The position numbers and the translations under genes were made by a program. 32,000 bases of DNA from Vibrio vulnificus CMCP6 (GTDB lineage: Bacteria; Pseudomonadota; Gammaproteobacteria; Enterobacterales; Vibrionaceae), in assembly GCF_000039765.1 (NCBI RefSeq), contig NC_004459.3, forward strand, positions 1,770,001 through 1,802,000, in the 5' to 3' direction. Below the pieces are notes generated by a model. That model was not told the DNA's origin and did no database searches. It saw nothing but the letters and a program-made list of their open reading frames with translations. Below are positions 1 to 8,315 of this stretch, piece by piece; positions within the stretch are counted from its first letter, which is position 1, and each line of letters begins with the position of its first letter.

Positions 1-36
1 CGTTACAAGTTTTAATCGGCCTCATATGCCTATTTC

Positions 37-59
37 AAAGGGAGCATCATGCTCCCTTT
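37..59. terminator. hairpin terminator overlapping the 3' end of the 47..619 ORF
   Basis: Perfect 10-bp inverted repeat aaagggagca-tca-tgctcccttt with a following T run on the + strand; the 3-nt loop is the TGA stop codon of the minus-strand ORF. Confidence 0.7.
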
Positions 60-619
60 TGTATTATGAGCGCGTCAATCAATGGATAGTGATGTGACTC
101 CACTCCAGCCAAATTGCCATATTTTGGCGCGTGGCGATCGTCTTCTTTAGGAAAATGCCAGCCTACGGTGTATTGCACAAAATGTTGGGCAAACGATTCG
201 GAGATCTCTAAGCATCCCGCGAGTACCGTATCGACATAAGTTTGCATGATTGGGCTAAGAGGGCAGGGTGGTTGCGGATCGTCTTTTACATACACCCAAA
301 TTGGATGAGCACGATTGAATGAGTGGTCGGTTTCTATCTGATCCGGCGTAATCTCAATGCGATGGTAGCCTCTCTCTCGGCGATCGAACTCCGCGAGCGC
401 ACGATCATCAATTTCCAGTAGCACACCATTCACTTGGCTCTCGCCACGGTTCACAACCAACGGTGAGAGAATGTAGCTGTCGTCGACTTTGCCCCAATAG
501 CGCACAAGGCCATGAGCAATCACCGGGATAGCCTCACCCGTTTGACCCGTCAATTGACGCGACGCAGCATTGATTAAGCTGCCATAACCAAAAATGTACA
601 TCTGTATTCCTTGAGCCAT
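47..619 (-). CDS. gamma-glutamylcyclotransferase (GGCT/ChaC-like) family protein
   Basis: 190-aa ORF with the N-terminal YIFGYGSLI motif typical of the GGCT fold; a later start at the internal ATG (MYIFGYGSLI) is possible. Confidence 0.75.
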   Translation of the reverse strand: MAQGIQMYIFGYGSLINAASRQLTGQTGEAIPVIAHGLVRYWGKVDDSYILSPLVVNRGESQVNGVLLEIDDRALAEFDRRERGYHRIEITPDQIETDHSFNRAHPIWVYVKDDPQPPCPLSPIMQTYVDTVLAGCLEISESFAQHFVQYTVGWHFPKEDDRHAPKYGNLAGVESHHYPLIDALIIQKGA

Positions 620-658
620 ATTCCTAATGACCGTTATACCTAAGAGGTAAAATTTTTA

Positions 659-681
659 AAGTTGTATTTTTAATGCATCTT
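659..681. promoter_or_regulatory. candidate NsrR (NO-responsive repressor) binding site upstream of nnrS
   Basis: AAGTTGTATTTTTAATGCATCTT matches 20 of 23 positions of the palindrome AAGATGCATTTTAAATGCATCTT, in the divergent intergenic region upstream of nnrS. Confidence 0.65.
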
Positions 682-702
682 TAGTGCTACACTGCATTTG
701 TT

Positions 703-1890
703 GTGAATTTGCTCAGCATGTGGAGGGGGCGAAACGTGCTAAATATTACTGACAAAAAAGTGGAAGAAAAAATTCCCGCTTGGCTGAGATTGGGTTTTCG
801 ACCTTTCTTTTTATTAGGCTCGGTGTACGCCATTATCGCTATTGCGGTGTGGGTATGGATTTTTCAAACCGGTCAGCCAACACAACTCCAAGTGCCAGGA
901 CTTTGGTGGCATGTGCATGAAATGCTGTTTGGTTTTGCGATGGCGATTGTGGCTGGGTTCCTTTTAACCGCGGTACAAAACTGGACGGGCATCAACGGCA
1001 CCAAACATTATCGTTTAGCACTGCTGGTGGCGCTGTGGTTGTTGCCGAGAATTTTGCTTTGGACGCCAACGCCACTGTGGTTAACCTCCAGCATTGAAGC
1101 GCTGTTTCTTGCTTTGGTGGCCTTTGAAATCGGTAGCCGAGTGGTGCAGGCCAAAGGTTGGCGTAATCTCTTTTTCGTCCCACTGTTTTTGTTGGCAATC
1201 GGTGCTAATTTTGCCAGCTATGCGACAATAAAAGGCATGCCGCCATTTACCTCTTCGGCGGTTTGGCAAGCGATGCTTTGGTGGTTCACCTTGCTGTTGT
1301 CGGTGATGGGGGCACGCGTGATCCCATTCTTTACCGCGCGTCGTTTTAACTTTGAAAAAGCCAATCCGATTGTTTGGCTCGATTGGGCGGCAAACTTACC
1401 TTTGGTGATGCTGTTTTTGCTCAGCTTTTTCCCAGTGACCATGGCACAGCTTGGCCAGCCGTTGATGGTGATCGCGGGTGTCGCGCAACTGGTGCGCTTT
1501 ATCCGTTGGAAACCTTGGCTGACCCTAAGTGAGCCGTTGGTTTGGTCGTTGCACGCCGCTTATCTGTGTTTACCGTTGAGTCTGCTGTTGCGCGGTTTGC
1601 TGGATAATCCGTTCGCGTCACACAACCTGATCCACTTGTTTGCGATTGGGGCTTTGGCTGGGCTTATTCTGGCGATGATTGCACGTGTCACCATGGGGCA
1701 CACCGGACGAATGATCTACCAAGGGCCGAATATGAGTCTGGCGTTTGGCGCACTCTTCCTCGCGGCTTTGGTGCGCAGTTTTGGCGTCATTTTTGCGCCA
1801 GCACAACTGTTTATCTGGATCGACATCAGTGCCGCGCTGTGGGTATTCGCGTTTACACTGTTTGCTGGAAGTTTGGTTATATGCTCGTGA
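703..1890 (+). CDS. nnrS: NnrS family heme/copper membrane protein (nitric-oxide stress); apparent frameshift near the C terminus
   Basis: Multi-TM protein with the NnrS-type N terminus (WLRLGFRPFFLLGS...WWHVHEMLFGF) and C-terminal MTLGHTGR-like (MTMGHTGR) motif. A GTG at 736 with upstream GGAGGG may be the real start. The homologous tail continues in another frame to 1919. Confidence 0.92.
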   Translation: MNLLSMWRGRNVLNITDKKVEEKIPAWLRLGFRPFFLLGSVYAIIAIAVWVWIFQTGQPTQLQVPGLWWHVHEMLFGFAMAIVAGFLLTAVQNWTGINGTKHYRLALLVALWLLPRILLWTPTPLWLTSSIEALFLALVAFEIGSRVVQAKGWRNLFFVPLFLLAIGANFASYATIKGMPPFTSSAVWQAMLWWFTLLLSVMGARVIPFFTARRFNFEKANPIVWLDWAANLPLVMLFLLSFFPVTMAQLGQPLMVIAGVAQLVRFIRWKPWLTLSEPLVWSLHAAYLCLPLSLLLRGLLDNPFASHNLIHLFAIGALAGLILAMIARVTMGHTGRMIYQGPNMSLAFGALFLAALVRSFGVIFAPAQLFIWIDISAALWVFAFTLFAGSLVICS

Positions 1891-1939
1891 CGCCGCGAGC
1901 CGATGGTCACCCGGGCTAAGCTCTGCATGATATAAACAG

Positions 1940-1966
1940 CAAAGCCACTCACGAGGAGTGGCTTTG
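1940..1966. terminator. bidirectional terminator between nnrS and the RimK-family gene
   Basis: caaagccact-cacgagg-agtggctttg, 10-bp stem between convergent genes. Confidence 0.75.
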
Positions 1967-2005
1967 TGTTATTAAAAGCGTTTAAAAGCGTATTGACGTT
2001 GGATG

Positions 2006-3457
2006 TTAGAACCCGCGCATTTGAATGCGACGCAAGAACTCGGTCATCACGCGGTCATAGAGTAAATCGCCAAGGAAAGCATCTTCAACATGATGATCAA
2101 TACTTGGGTTGTCGTTCACCTCAATGACATACACTTGGCCATCCACTTCCTTAAGATCGACACCATACAGCCCATTACCAATCAAGTTGGCGGCTTTTAG
2201 CGCCACATCAACCACGTTTTTCGGTACTTGTTTCAAATCCAAGGTTTCAAAACCACCGGACGACACTCGACCACTATTGTGATGTTGGTAGATCTGCCAA
2301 TGGCCGCGGCTCATCATGTATTTACAGCTGAAAATCGCTTGGCGGTTCAAAATACCAATGCGCCAGTCAAAGTCAGTAGGCATAAAGGCTTGCGCCAAAA
2401 TCAGCTCACTTTTTTCAAACAGCGCTGTGGCTTCTTTTTCTAACTCTTCTTCGTTACGTACTTTCACCACGCCACGTGAGAATGCGCCGTCTGGAATCTT
2501 CAACACCATTGGGAAATCCAGCTCATTGAGCAGGTCACTTTTCCATTCTGGGTCGAAGTTTTTCAAAATAACGCTCGCTGGCGCGGGCACTTTGTTGTTT
2601 TTCAGCAACTCCGTGAGAAAAACTTTGTTGGTGCATTTCATGATCGACTCTGAGTCGTCCATCACCACTAAACCAAGCTTTTCTGCCGTTTTGGCAAAAC
2701 GGTAGGTGAAGTTACTGATGTTGGTGGTGCTGCGAATAAACAAACCATCAAACTCACCCAAACGAGAAATCTCATCTTTGGAGATGGTTTCTAAGTTCAT
2801 CCCCAAACGCGATGCCGCGCGTTTAAAGCGTTTCAACGCTTGTGGGCATGAAGGGGGCATTTTTTCTTCTTCATCGATCAGCATCGCGATGTCGTAGCGA
2901 TACTTTTTCTCTTGTTTTGGTTTACGCCAAACCTTGTTGGAGAACATCTCCAACGACTCAATAAAGAAGTTTTCTTCCGCGTCGCTGAGCTCTTGGAATG
3001 GAAAAGGCGCGACGGAGTCGATTTGCCAATGGTGCTGATTTTTGGTCATTTTTAATTCAATGACGGGCACCATAAATTGTTCAAACAGACGACGGGCGAG
3101 CTTCTCTAAACCTTTGTGTTCAGTACGGCCAAAGTAGATCTTACAGCGGATGCTGTCTTGCTCTTTCGCCAACTTGTTGAGCTTGAGGAATCCAGATGAA
3201 ATCAGCAGAGGTTGAGTGATGTCATTAATGGCCGTCACCGTCGGGATGACGCGGTGGCCGCGAGCCCCCGCCATTAGCGAACAATAGTAACCGCTGCTCA
3301 TGTAACCATAATCGCGACACAGGTTCACCACCTGCACGCTACGCTGATTGTGTTGCCAGTCACTGTCGAGATATTGGGCAACATCAACCACTTGTTCAGA
3401 TGGGAAATACTGCTGCCAGTCACTAGCTTGGTCAGTCACAATTAAAAGATTTGCCAT
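2006..3457 (-). CDS. RimK family ATP-grasp protein with an RLAN-like N-terminal domain
   Basis: 483-aa ORF. The C-terminal half has ATP-grasp ligase features (KIPDGAFSRGVVKVRNEEEL, DVKEVDGQVYVIEVNDNPSIDHHVED-type Mg-binding motif). The N-terminal half matches the RimK-like N-terminal family as I recall it. Confidence 0.9.
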   Translation of the reverse strand: MANLLIVTDQASDWQQYFPSEQVVDVAQYLDSDWQHNQRSVQVVNLCRDYGYMSSGYYCSLMAGARGHRVIPTVTAINDITQPLLISSGFLKLNKLAKEQDSIRCKIYFGRTEHKGLEKLARRLFEQFMVPVIELKMTKNQHHWQIDSVAPFPFQELSDAEENFFIESLEMFSNKVWRKPKQEKKYRYDIAMLIDEEEKMPPSCPQALKRFKRAASRLGMNLETISKDEISRLGEFDGLFIRSTTNISNFTYRFAKTAEKLGLVVMDDSESIMKCTNKVFLTELLKNNKVPAPASVILKNFDPEWKSDLLNELDFPMVLKIPDGAFSRGVVKVRNEEELEKEATALFEKSELILAQAFMPTDFDWRIGILNRQAIFSCKYMMSRGHWQIYQHHNSGRVSSGGFETLDLKQVPKNVVDVALKAANLIGNGLYGVDLKEVDGQVYVIEVNDNPSIDHHVEDAFLGDLLYDRVMTEFLRRIQMRGF

Positions 3458-3523
3458 CTATTTCTTTCCTTAATAAACGAGCTATGATGAGGGTGCTTTC
3501 TCACTTATTCCTGAAGGTGTTAC

Positions 3524-4624
3524 ATGGATTTTCGTGTTGCGAAAATTGCCGATCTTGACGCGTTAAACCGATTGGAAAGGGAACTTTTCGTTGGTGATAG
3601 AATTGCACCAAGACAAATGAAGCGTTTCATCCAATCTGAACATGCCGTTTTGTTGGTGGCAGATAGTGGCCAACAGCTCGCGGGTTATGCACTGTTACTT
3701 TTTCATCAAGGAACACAACTCTCAAGATTGTATTCGATTGCCGTTAGACCTGAATTTCGGGGGCAGAAGATTGCTCAGTCGCTGATTGAACTCTGTGAGC
3801 AGTCAGCCATCGAACAGGGTTTCACTACATTACGCCTAGAAGTTCGTGAAGACAATAGTGCCGCAATAAATTTGTACAAAAAGCTGGGTTATCAAAAGCT
3901 TAAAATCCTTATTCACTATTATGATGACTTGAGTGATGGGATACGAATGCAGAAACGTTTGGCGCATTATGGGCCCAAAACTTTGCTGCCTATGCCGCTC
4001 TATGTGCAGACCACCCCTTTTACTTGTGGCGCGGCTTGTTTGTTGATGGCGTTTGCCCATCACGACGCCAGTTTTCAGCCATCACGTAAGCAGGAGTTGC
4101 AGCTTTGGCGCGAAGCAACCACCATTTTTATGGCCGCCGGACATGGCGGGTGCAGTGGGCATGGTTTGGCGTTAGCGGCTGCACGCCGAGGTTACACGGT
4201 AGAGCTGTGGAGTCATGCGAAATCGACGCCGTTTATTGACAGCGTGCGCGATGAAAATAAGAAGCAAGTGATTGAAATTGTGCATCAGGATTTCTGTCAG
4301 CAGTTAGAAGAATACCCTGTGAGCACCATTGAAGCGCCGCCATCGCAAAGCCAGTTGGAAGAATGGATCAGCATGGGCGCGAGCGTGTTGCTGCTGATCA
4401 GCACCTATCGATTTAATGGCAGCAAAGAGCCGCACTGGGTGCTGCTAAGTGGCATGAGTGAGCGTTTTTTCTTTATTCACGATCCCCACGCAGAATCGGA
4501 AGAAGAAGCGATGGCATCTGCGCACGTGACGGTGAGTAAAAAAGCGTTAGCGCAGATCATCGGCTTTGGTAAACAGAAACACACGGCCTGTGTGGTTATC
4601 CACCCAGACCGCGTAAAAGTGTAA
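3524..4624 (+). CDS. GNAT N-acetyltransferase fused to a C39-like (papain-fold) peptidase domain
   Basis: N-terminal GNAT (LYSIAVRPEFRGQKIAQSLIELCEQ...REDNSAAINLYKKLGYQ). C-terminal half has TTPFTCGAACLLMAF (catalytic Cys context) and PHWVLLSG / FFIHDPHAE (His/Asp context). Confidence 0.9.
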   Translation: MDFRVAKIADLDALNRLERELFVGDRIAPRQMKRFIQSEHAVLLVADSGQQLAGYALLLFHQGTQLSRLYSIAVRPEFRGQKIAQSLIELCEQSAIEQGFTTLRLEVREDNSAAINLYKKLGYQKLKILIHYYDDLSDGIRMQKRLAHYGPKTLLPMPLYVQTTPFTCGAACLLMAFAHHDASFQPSRKQELQLWREATTIFMAAGHGGCSGHGLALAAARRGYTVELWSHAKSTPFIDSVRDENKKQVIEIVHQDFCQQLEEYPVSTIEAPPSQSQLEEWISMGASVLLLISTYRFNGSKEPHWVLLSGMSERFFFIHDPHAESEEEAMASAHVTVSKKALAQIIGFGKQKHTACVVIHPDRVKV

Positions 4625-4627
4625 GCA

Positions 4628-5557
4628 TCACCAGAATTTGAGCCGCTTGAGTAGTAACACTTCGGCGGCAAAAATGACCACCAACCCAATACAGAACCAT
4701 AAGAAGGCGAGTGGCGATTCCACACCGGGTATGCCGCCAATGTTGATACCGAGTAGGCCGGTGAGAAAACTGGTGGGCAAGAAAATACTGGCGATTAATG
4801 TAAACAGATAGCTGTTGCGGCTGATTTTGTCTTCGCGCAACTGCTGAATTTGTTCTTTGAGCAGCGCCAATTCACCCAGAAAGAAATCAATGGTTTCGTT
4901 AATGCGGGTAATGTTACTCAACGCGTAATTGAGCATCAGCTGCTTTTTCTCCAACAAACCCAGTTCGGCCATAGCGAAATCTGCAATGGCGTATTGCTGC
5001 GGGCGAATAAAGCGTTTGATCCTCAACAGCGCTTTTTGCACTTCAATGATGTCACCAATCTGATCGGTATCGAGTTCGAACTGCTCAATTTGTTCCTCAA
5101 TATCCAACAAATAGTGCTGCATTTTGCCGGTTAAACCATCAACAATCGCCAGCAAAAGATCGGCAATCGCCGCGGGACCTTTTTGCTCAACCAGCGCTTC
5201 GCGAATTTCAGAAATGGCTTTGGAGGATGTTTTGCGTGTGGAGATCAGGGTGCCATTGAAATAGAGAATCCGGATACTGAGCATATCTTCCGGCACAGCG
5301 TTTTCATTCATATTGACGCCACGCAAGATCAGCATAAAGCTGTCGTCGTCATAACGATGGAAAGAAGGGCGCGTTTCATCAGCCAATAGATGGTTCACGG
5401 TACTAAGTGGCACTTGGTTTTCGAGTAACCAAGCGCGAATGTCTGGGTGATGGCGTTCACAGTGGTACCAGTGATTCGCTTTTATCGTTTGAAAGTTGTT
5501 ATCTGGCTGGTTGGCTGGTGTGGTGGAAAAATCCCAGTGATCGATCAAAAATCCCAT
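4628..5557 (-). CDS. zntB: CorA/ZntB-family divalent cation (zinc) transporter
   Basis: 309-aa ORF with two C-terminal TM segments and the CorA-family G-x-N signature (LTGLLGINIGGIPG) in the ZntB form. Confidence 0.8.
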   Translation of the reverse strand: MGFLIDHWDFSTTPANQPDNNFQTIKANHWYHCERHHPDIRAWLLENQVPLSTVNHLLADETRPSFHRYDDDSFMLILRGVNMNENAVPEDMLSIRILYFNGTLISTRKTSSKAISEIREALVEQKGPAAIADLLLAIVDGLTGKMQHYLLDIEEQIEQFELDTDQIGDIIEVQKALLRIKRFIRPQQYAIADFAMAELGLLEKKQLMLNYALSNITRINETIDFFLGELALLKEQIQQLREDKISRNSYLFTLIASIFLPTSFLTGLLGINIGGIPGVESPLAFLWFCIGLVVIFAAEVLLLKRLKFW

Positions 5558-5581
5558 ATCAAAGAGTCGCTTTGGTGATTG

Positions 5582-5616
5582 AAACTCACCCCAAGTTACG
5601 CGACTTGGGGGAGTTT
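5582..5616. terminator. strong hairpin downstream of glpD
   Basis: aaactc(a)ccccaagt-tacgcg-acttgggggagttt: 14-bp stem with a 1-nt bulge; weak T run. Confidence 0.55.
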
Positions 5617-5654
5617 GGCTACTCTAATCATTGTGCAAATATCTTAGGGAAAGA

Positions 5655-7196
5655 TCAGCTCGCCTGTTGCAATTGAGGCGACTGAGCGGTGGTATGCTTT
5701 TTTGCGATGTAGTTTTCCACACTTTGCACTTGCTCTGGAGTGAGGTAGAGGCCCAGTTTGGTTCGACGCCATAAAATATCTTCACTGCATTGCGCAAATT
5801 CATGCGCCATCAGGTAATCCAATTCTCGCTGGTAAACCTCTGGGGCAAGTTCGATGCCCATTGCTGATACCTCTTCTGCCCCCGCGAGCAATTGGCGTGC
5901 ATCGCTGCCGTATTGGCAGACATAACGGTAGGCTAAGGTTGCACTCAACCAAGGGTATTGTTGGCGCAACGCGTGGGCGAGCTGTTCTCGTGTACAGCTA
6001 AAATCACCGCCGGGGAGCGTTTGTTGCGCCGTCCACGGTGTGCCCATATGGTCGAAATAGGGCGCGAGTTTACGCATGGCAGACTCCGCCAACTTGCGAT
6101 ATGTCGTCAGTTTGCCACCGAAAATAGAGAGCAGCGGTGCTTGGTCAAGTTCTTGCTCCAGCTCGATGGTGTAATCACGCGTGATGGCTTGGGGGGAATC
6201 GGATTCATCATCGCACAGCGGTCGGACACCACTGTAAGTCCACACCACATCTTGTTTGCTCAGTTGGTGGACAAAATGCTGATTAACAATATCAATTAAG
6301 TAGTCAACTTCCTGTTCTGAAATCGCCACGTGGCGAGGGTCACCGGTGTATTCGACATCCGTTGTGCCGACAATTGAGAACTTATCCAGATAAGGAATCA
6401 CAAACACAATCCGCCCATCGTTGTTTTGCAGGATGTAAGCTTGCGGATCGGGATGTACGCGCGGCACGACAATGTGTGAACCTTTGATCAAACGAATGTT
6501 GCGTGGTGATGGGCCATCTAAACTGTCATCGTAAAATTGTTTCACCCAAGGGCCCGCAGCGTTGACTAAGGCTTTGGCGTAACGCACAAACTGTTCACCA
6601 TTTTGCTGATCTTCAATGGTGACTTTCCAAAGGCCGTCAACACGCTCAGCTTTGCTCACTTTGCAGTAATTACGCACTTCGGCACCATTGCGTTTGGCAC
6701 TGATGGCATTCAGTAGCGTGAGGCGAGCATCGTCGACCCAACAATCGGAATACTCAAAGCCAATTTTCATTTCCTCTTTCAGCAGCCCAGTTTCGGCAAG
6801 GTTCACCTTGTGACTGCTAGGCAGTGTGGTGCGCTTACCTAAGTGATCATACAAAAACAGCCCGCAACGAATCATCCACGCCGGGCGAAGATAGGAGCGG
6901 TGAGGCAGGCGAAAACGCATTGGAAAGGCAATGTGCGGCGCTTTTTTGATCAGCACTTCGCGTTCCGCCAGAGCTTCGGAGACCAAACGAAACTCATAAT
7001 GTTCCAAATAGCGTAAACCACCATGGATCAGTTTCGAGCTGGCTGAAGAGGTCGCCGAGGCAAAATCTTTGGCTTCAAAAAGTGCGACACTAAGGCCACG
7101 TCCTGCCGCATCTGCTGCGATGCCTGCGCCATTGATACCACCCCCGACAACTAAGATGTCGAGTGTTGATGTAGGTGTGGAGGAGTTGTTCTTCAT
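5655..7196 (-). CDS. glpD: aerobic glycerol-3-phosphate dehydrogenase
   Basis: FAD-binding GGGINGAGIAADAAGRGL at the N terminus and full-length similarity to GlpD. Start taken as the ATG at 7196 (MKNNSSTPTSTLDILVVGGG) rather than the 567-aa ORF start. Confidence 0.96.
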   Translation of the reverse strand: MKNNSSTPTSTLDILVVGGGINGAGIAADAAGRGLSVALFEAKDFASATSSASSKLIHGGLRYLEHYEFRLVSEALAEREVLIKKAPHIAFPMRFRLPHRSYLRPAWMIRCGLFLYDHLGKRTTLPSSHKVNLAETGLLKEEMKIGFEYSDCWVDDARLTLLNAISAKRNGAEVRNYCKVSKAERVDGLWKVTIEDQQNGEQFVRYAKALVNAAGPWVKQFYDDSLDGPSPRNIRLIKGSHIVVPRVHPDPQAYILQNNDGRIVFVIPYLDKFSIVGTTDVEYTGDPRHVAISEQEVDYLIDIVNQHFVHQLSKQDVVWTYSGVRPLCDDESDSPQAITRDYTIELEQELDQAPLLSIFGGKLTTYRKLAESAMRKLAPYFDHMGTPWTAQQTLPGGDFSCTREQLAHALRQQYPWLSATLAYRYVCQYGSDARQLLAGAEEVSAMGIELAPEVYQRELDYLMAHEFAQCSEDILWRRTKLGLYLTPEQVQSVENYIAKKHTTAQSPQLQQAS

Positions 7197-7218
7197 TTGA
7201 GCTGACCTAATGTTATTT

Positions 7219-7234
7219 TTGTTCGAACGAGCAT
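7219..7234. promoter_or_regulatory. candidate GlpR operator upstream of glpD
   Basis: TTGTTCG-AA-CGAGCAT imperfect palindrome, same 7-2-7 architecture as the site upstream of glpF. Confidence 0.4.
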
Positions 7235-7319
7235 TTTTGAAACTTAAATGAGCATAACTTAAGTTTCGAATGAGATCAGCTATTATTTTCGTTTGTGCTC
7301 GTTTGTGTGATTTGAACAC

Positions 7320-7350
7320 AAAAAAGCCCCGACACTCAGTGACGGGGCTT
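7320..7350 (-). terminator. Rho-independent terminator downstream of glpR
   Basis: aagccccg ... cggggctt stem followed by TTTT(T) when read on the minus strand. Confidence 0.85.
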
Positions 7351-7367
7351 GGAAACACGTTTTAAAT

Positions 7368-8135
7368 TTATTCGCCTGCGACAACGCAAGGGATCTGCTG
7401 CTCTTTCAAAATCGCCGTGATCTCTTCTGGTGGCTGTTCATTGGTGATCAGCATATTGATTTGCGAAATATTCCCCAGCTTAACCATCGCATTGCGGCCA
7501 AATTTACTGTGGTCAACGGCCAGATACACGCTGCGACTGTTTTCGATGATAGCTTGTTTCACGCGCACTTCATGGTAGTCGAAATCGAGCAGTGAGCCAT
7601 CGTAATCGATGCCACTGATGCCTAGAATGCCGAAGTCCAAACGGAACTGCTTGATGAAGTCGAGTGTTGCTTCACCGACGATACCGCCATCACGGTTGCG
7701 AACTTCGCCACCGGCGAGAATCACTTTAATCTCAGGATTGCTCAGCAAAATACTGGCAACGTTGATGTTGTTGGTGACAACGCGCAGTTGCTTGTGGTTT
7801 TTATTCAGTGCTTTGGCCACCGCTTCTGGTGTGGTGCCGATATCAATAAACAGCGTTGCTCCATCGGGAATGTGCTGCACCAACTCTTCGGCAATCAAAT
7901 CTTTTTCGGTGAAATGTTCTTTTTTGCGCGTGGAGTAAGAGGTGTTCTCTGAACTCAGTGGGATGGTCGCACCACCATGGTAGCGGCGAATTTTGTTTGC
8001 ATCGGCAAGCTCATTCAGATCGCGGCGAATCGTTTGTGGGCTGACATTGAACTTCTCGACTAGCTCGTCGGTGCTCACGTAGCCTTGTTTTTTCACCATC
8101 TCGATAATTTGTTGGTGTCTTGGAATCTGTTTCAC
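7368..8135 (-). CDS. glpR: DeoR-family glycerol-3-phosphate regulon repressor
   Basis: VKQIPRHQQIIEMVKKQGYVSTDELVEKFNVSPQTIRRDLNELA ... FRLDFGILGISGIDYDGSLLDFDYHEVRVK closely matches GlpR; GTG start at 8135 replaces the ORF start at 8189. Confidence 0.95.
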   Translation of the reverse strand: MKQIPRHQQIIEMVKKQGYVSTDELVEKFNVSPQTIRRDLNELADANKIRRYHGGATIPLSSENTSYSTRKKEHFTEKDLIAEELVQHIPDGATLFIDIGTTPEAVAKALNKNHKQLRVVTNNINVASILLSNPEIKVILAGGEVRNRDGGIVGEATLDFIKQFRLDFGILGISGIDYDGSLLDFDYHEVRVKQAIIENSRSVYLAVDHSKFGRNAMVKLGNISQINMLITNEQPPEEITAILKEQQIPCVVAGE

Positions 8136-8271
8136 TTTGTCTCCCTGATGCCTCTGCCTCAATGATCCTTTTGGCAGAAATGCTGGCATTCGAAAATAAT
8201 CACTCAGGCTATTGTGCGCTAAATGATGAGTTCATAGAAGTTGTCGAGGTCAAGAATTCGTGTGAAACAAC

Positions 8272-8295
8272 AAAAAAGGGCGTCAAAAGACGCCC
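8272..8295 (-). terminator. Rho-independent terminator downstream of glpK
   Basis: gggcgtc-aaaa-gacgccc stem followed by T6 on the minus strand. Confidence 0.85.
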
Positions 8296-8315
8296 AAAAT
8301 TGGGGGGAGGTGATT

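Noticed and set aside
5655-7358. 54-residue N-terminal extension of GlpD in the ORF track
   Set aside because: The extension covers the intergenic promoter/operator region. The FAD-binding domain starts normally from ATG 7196.
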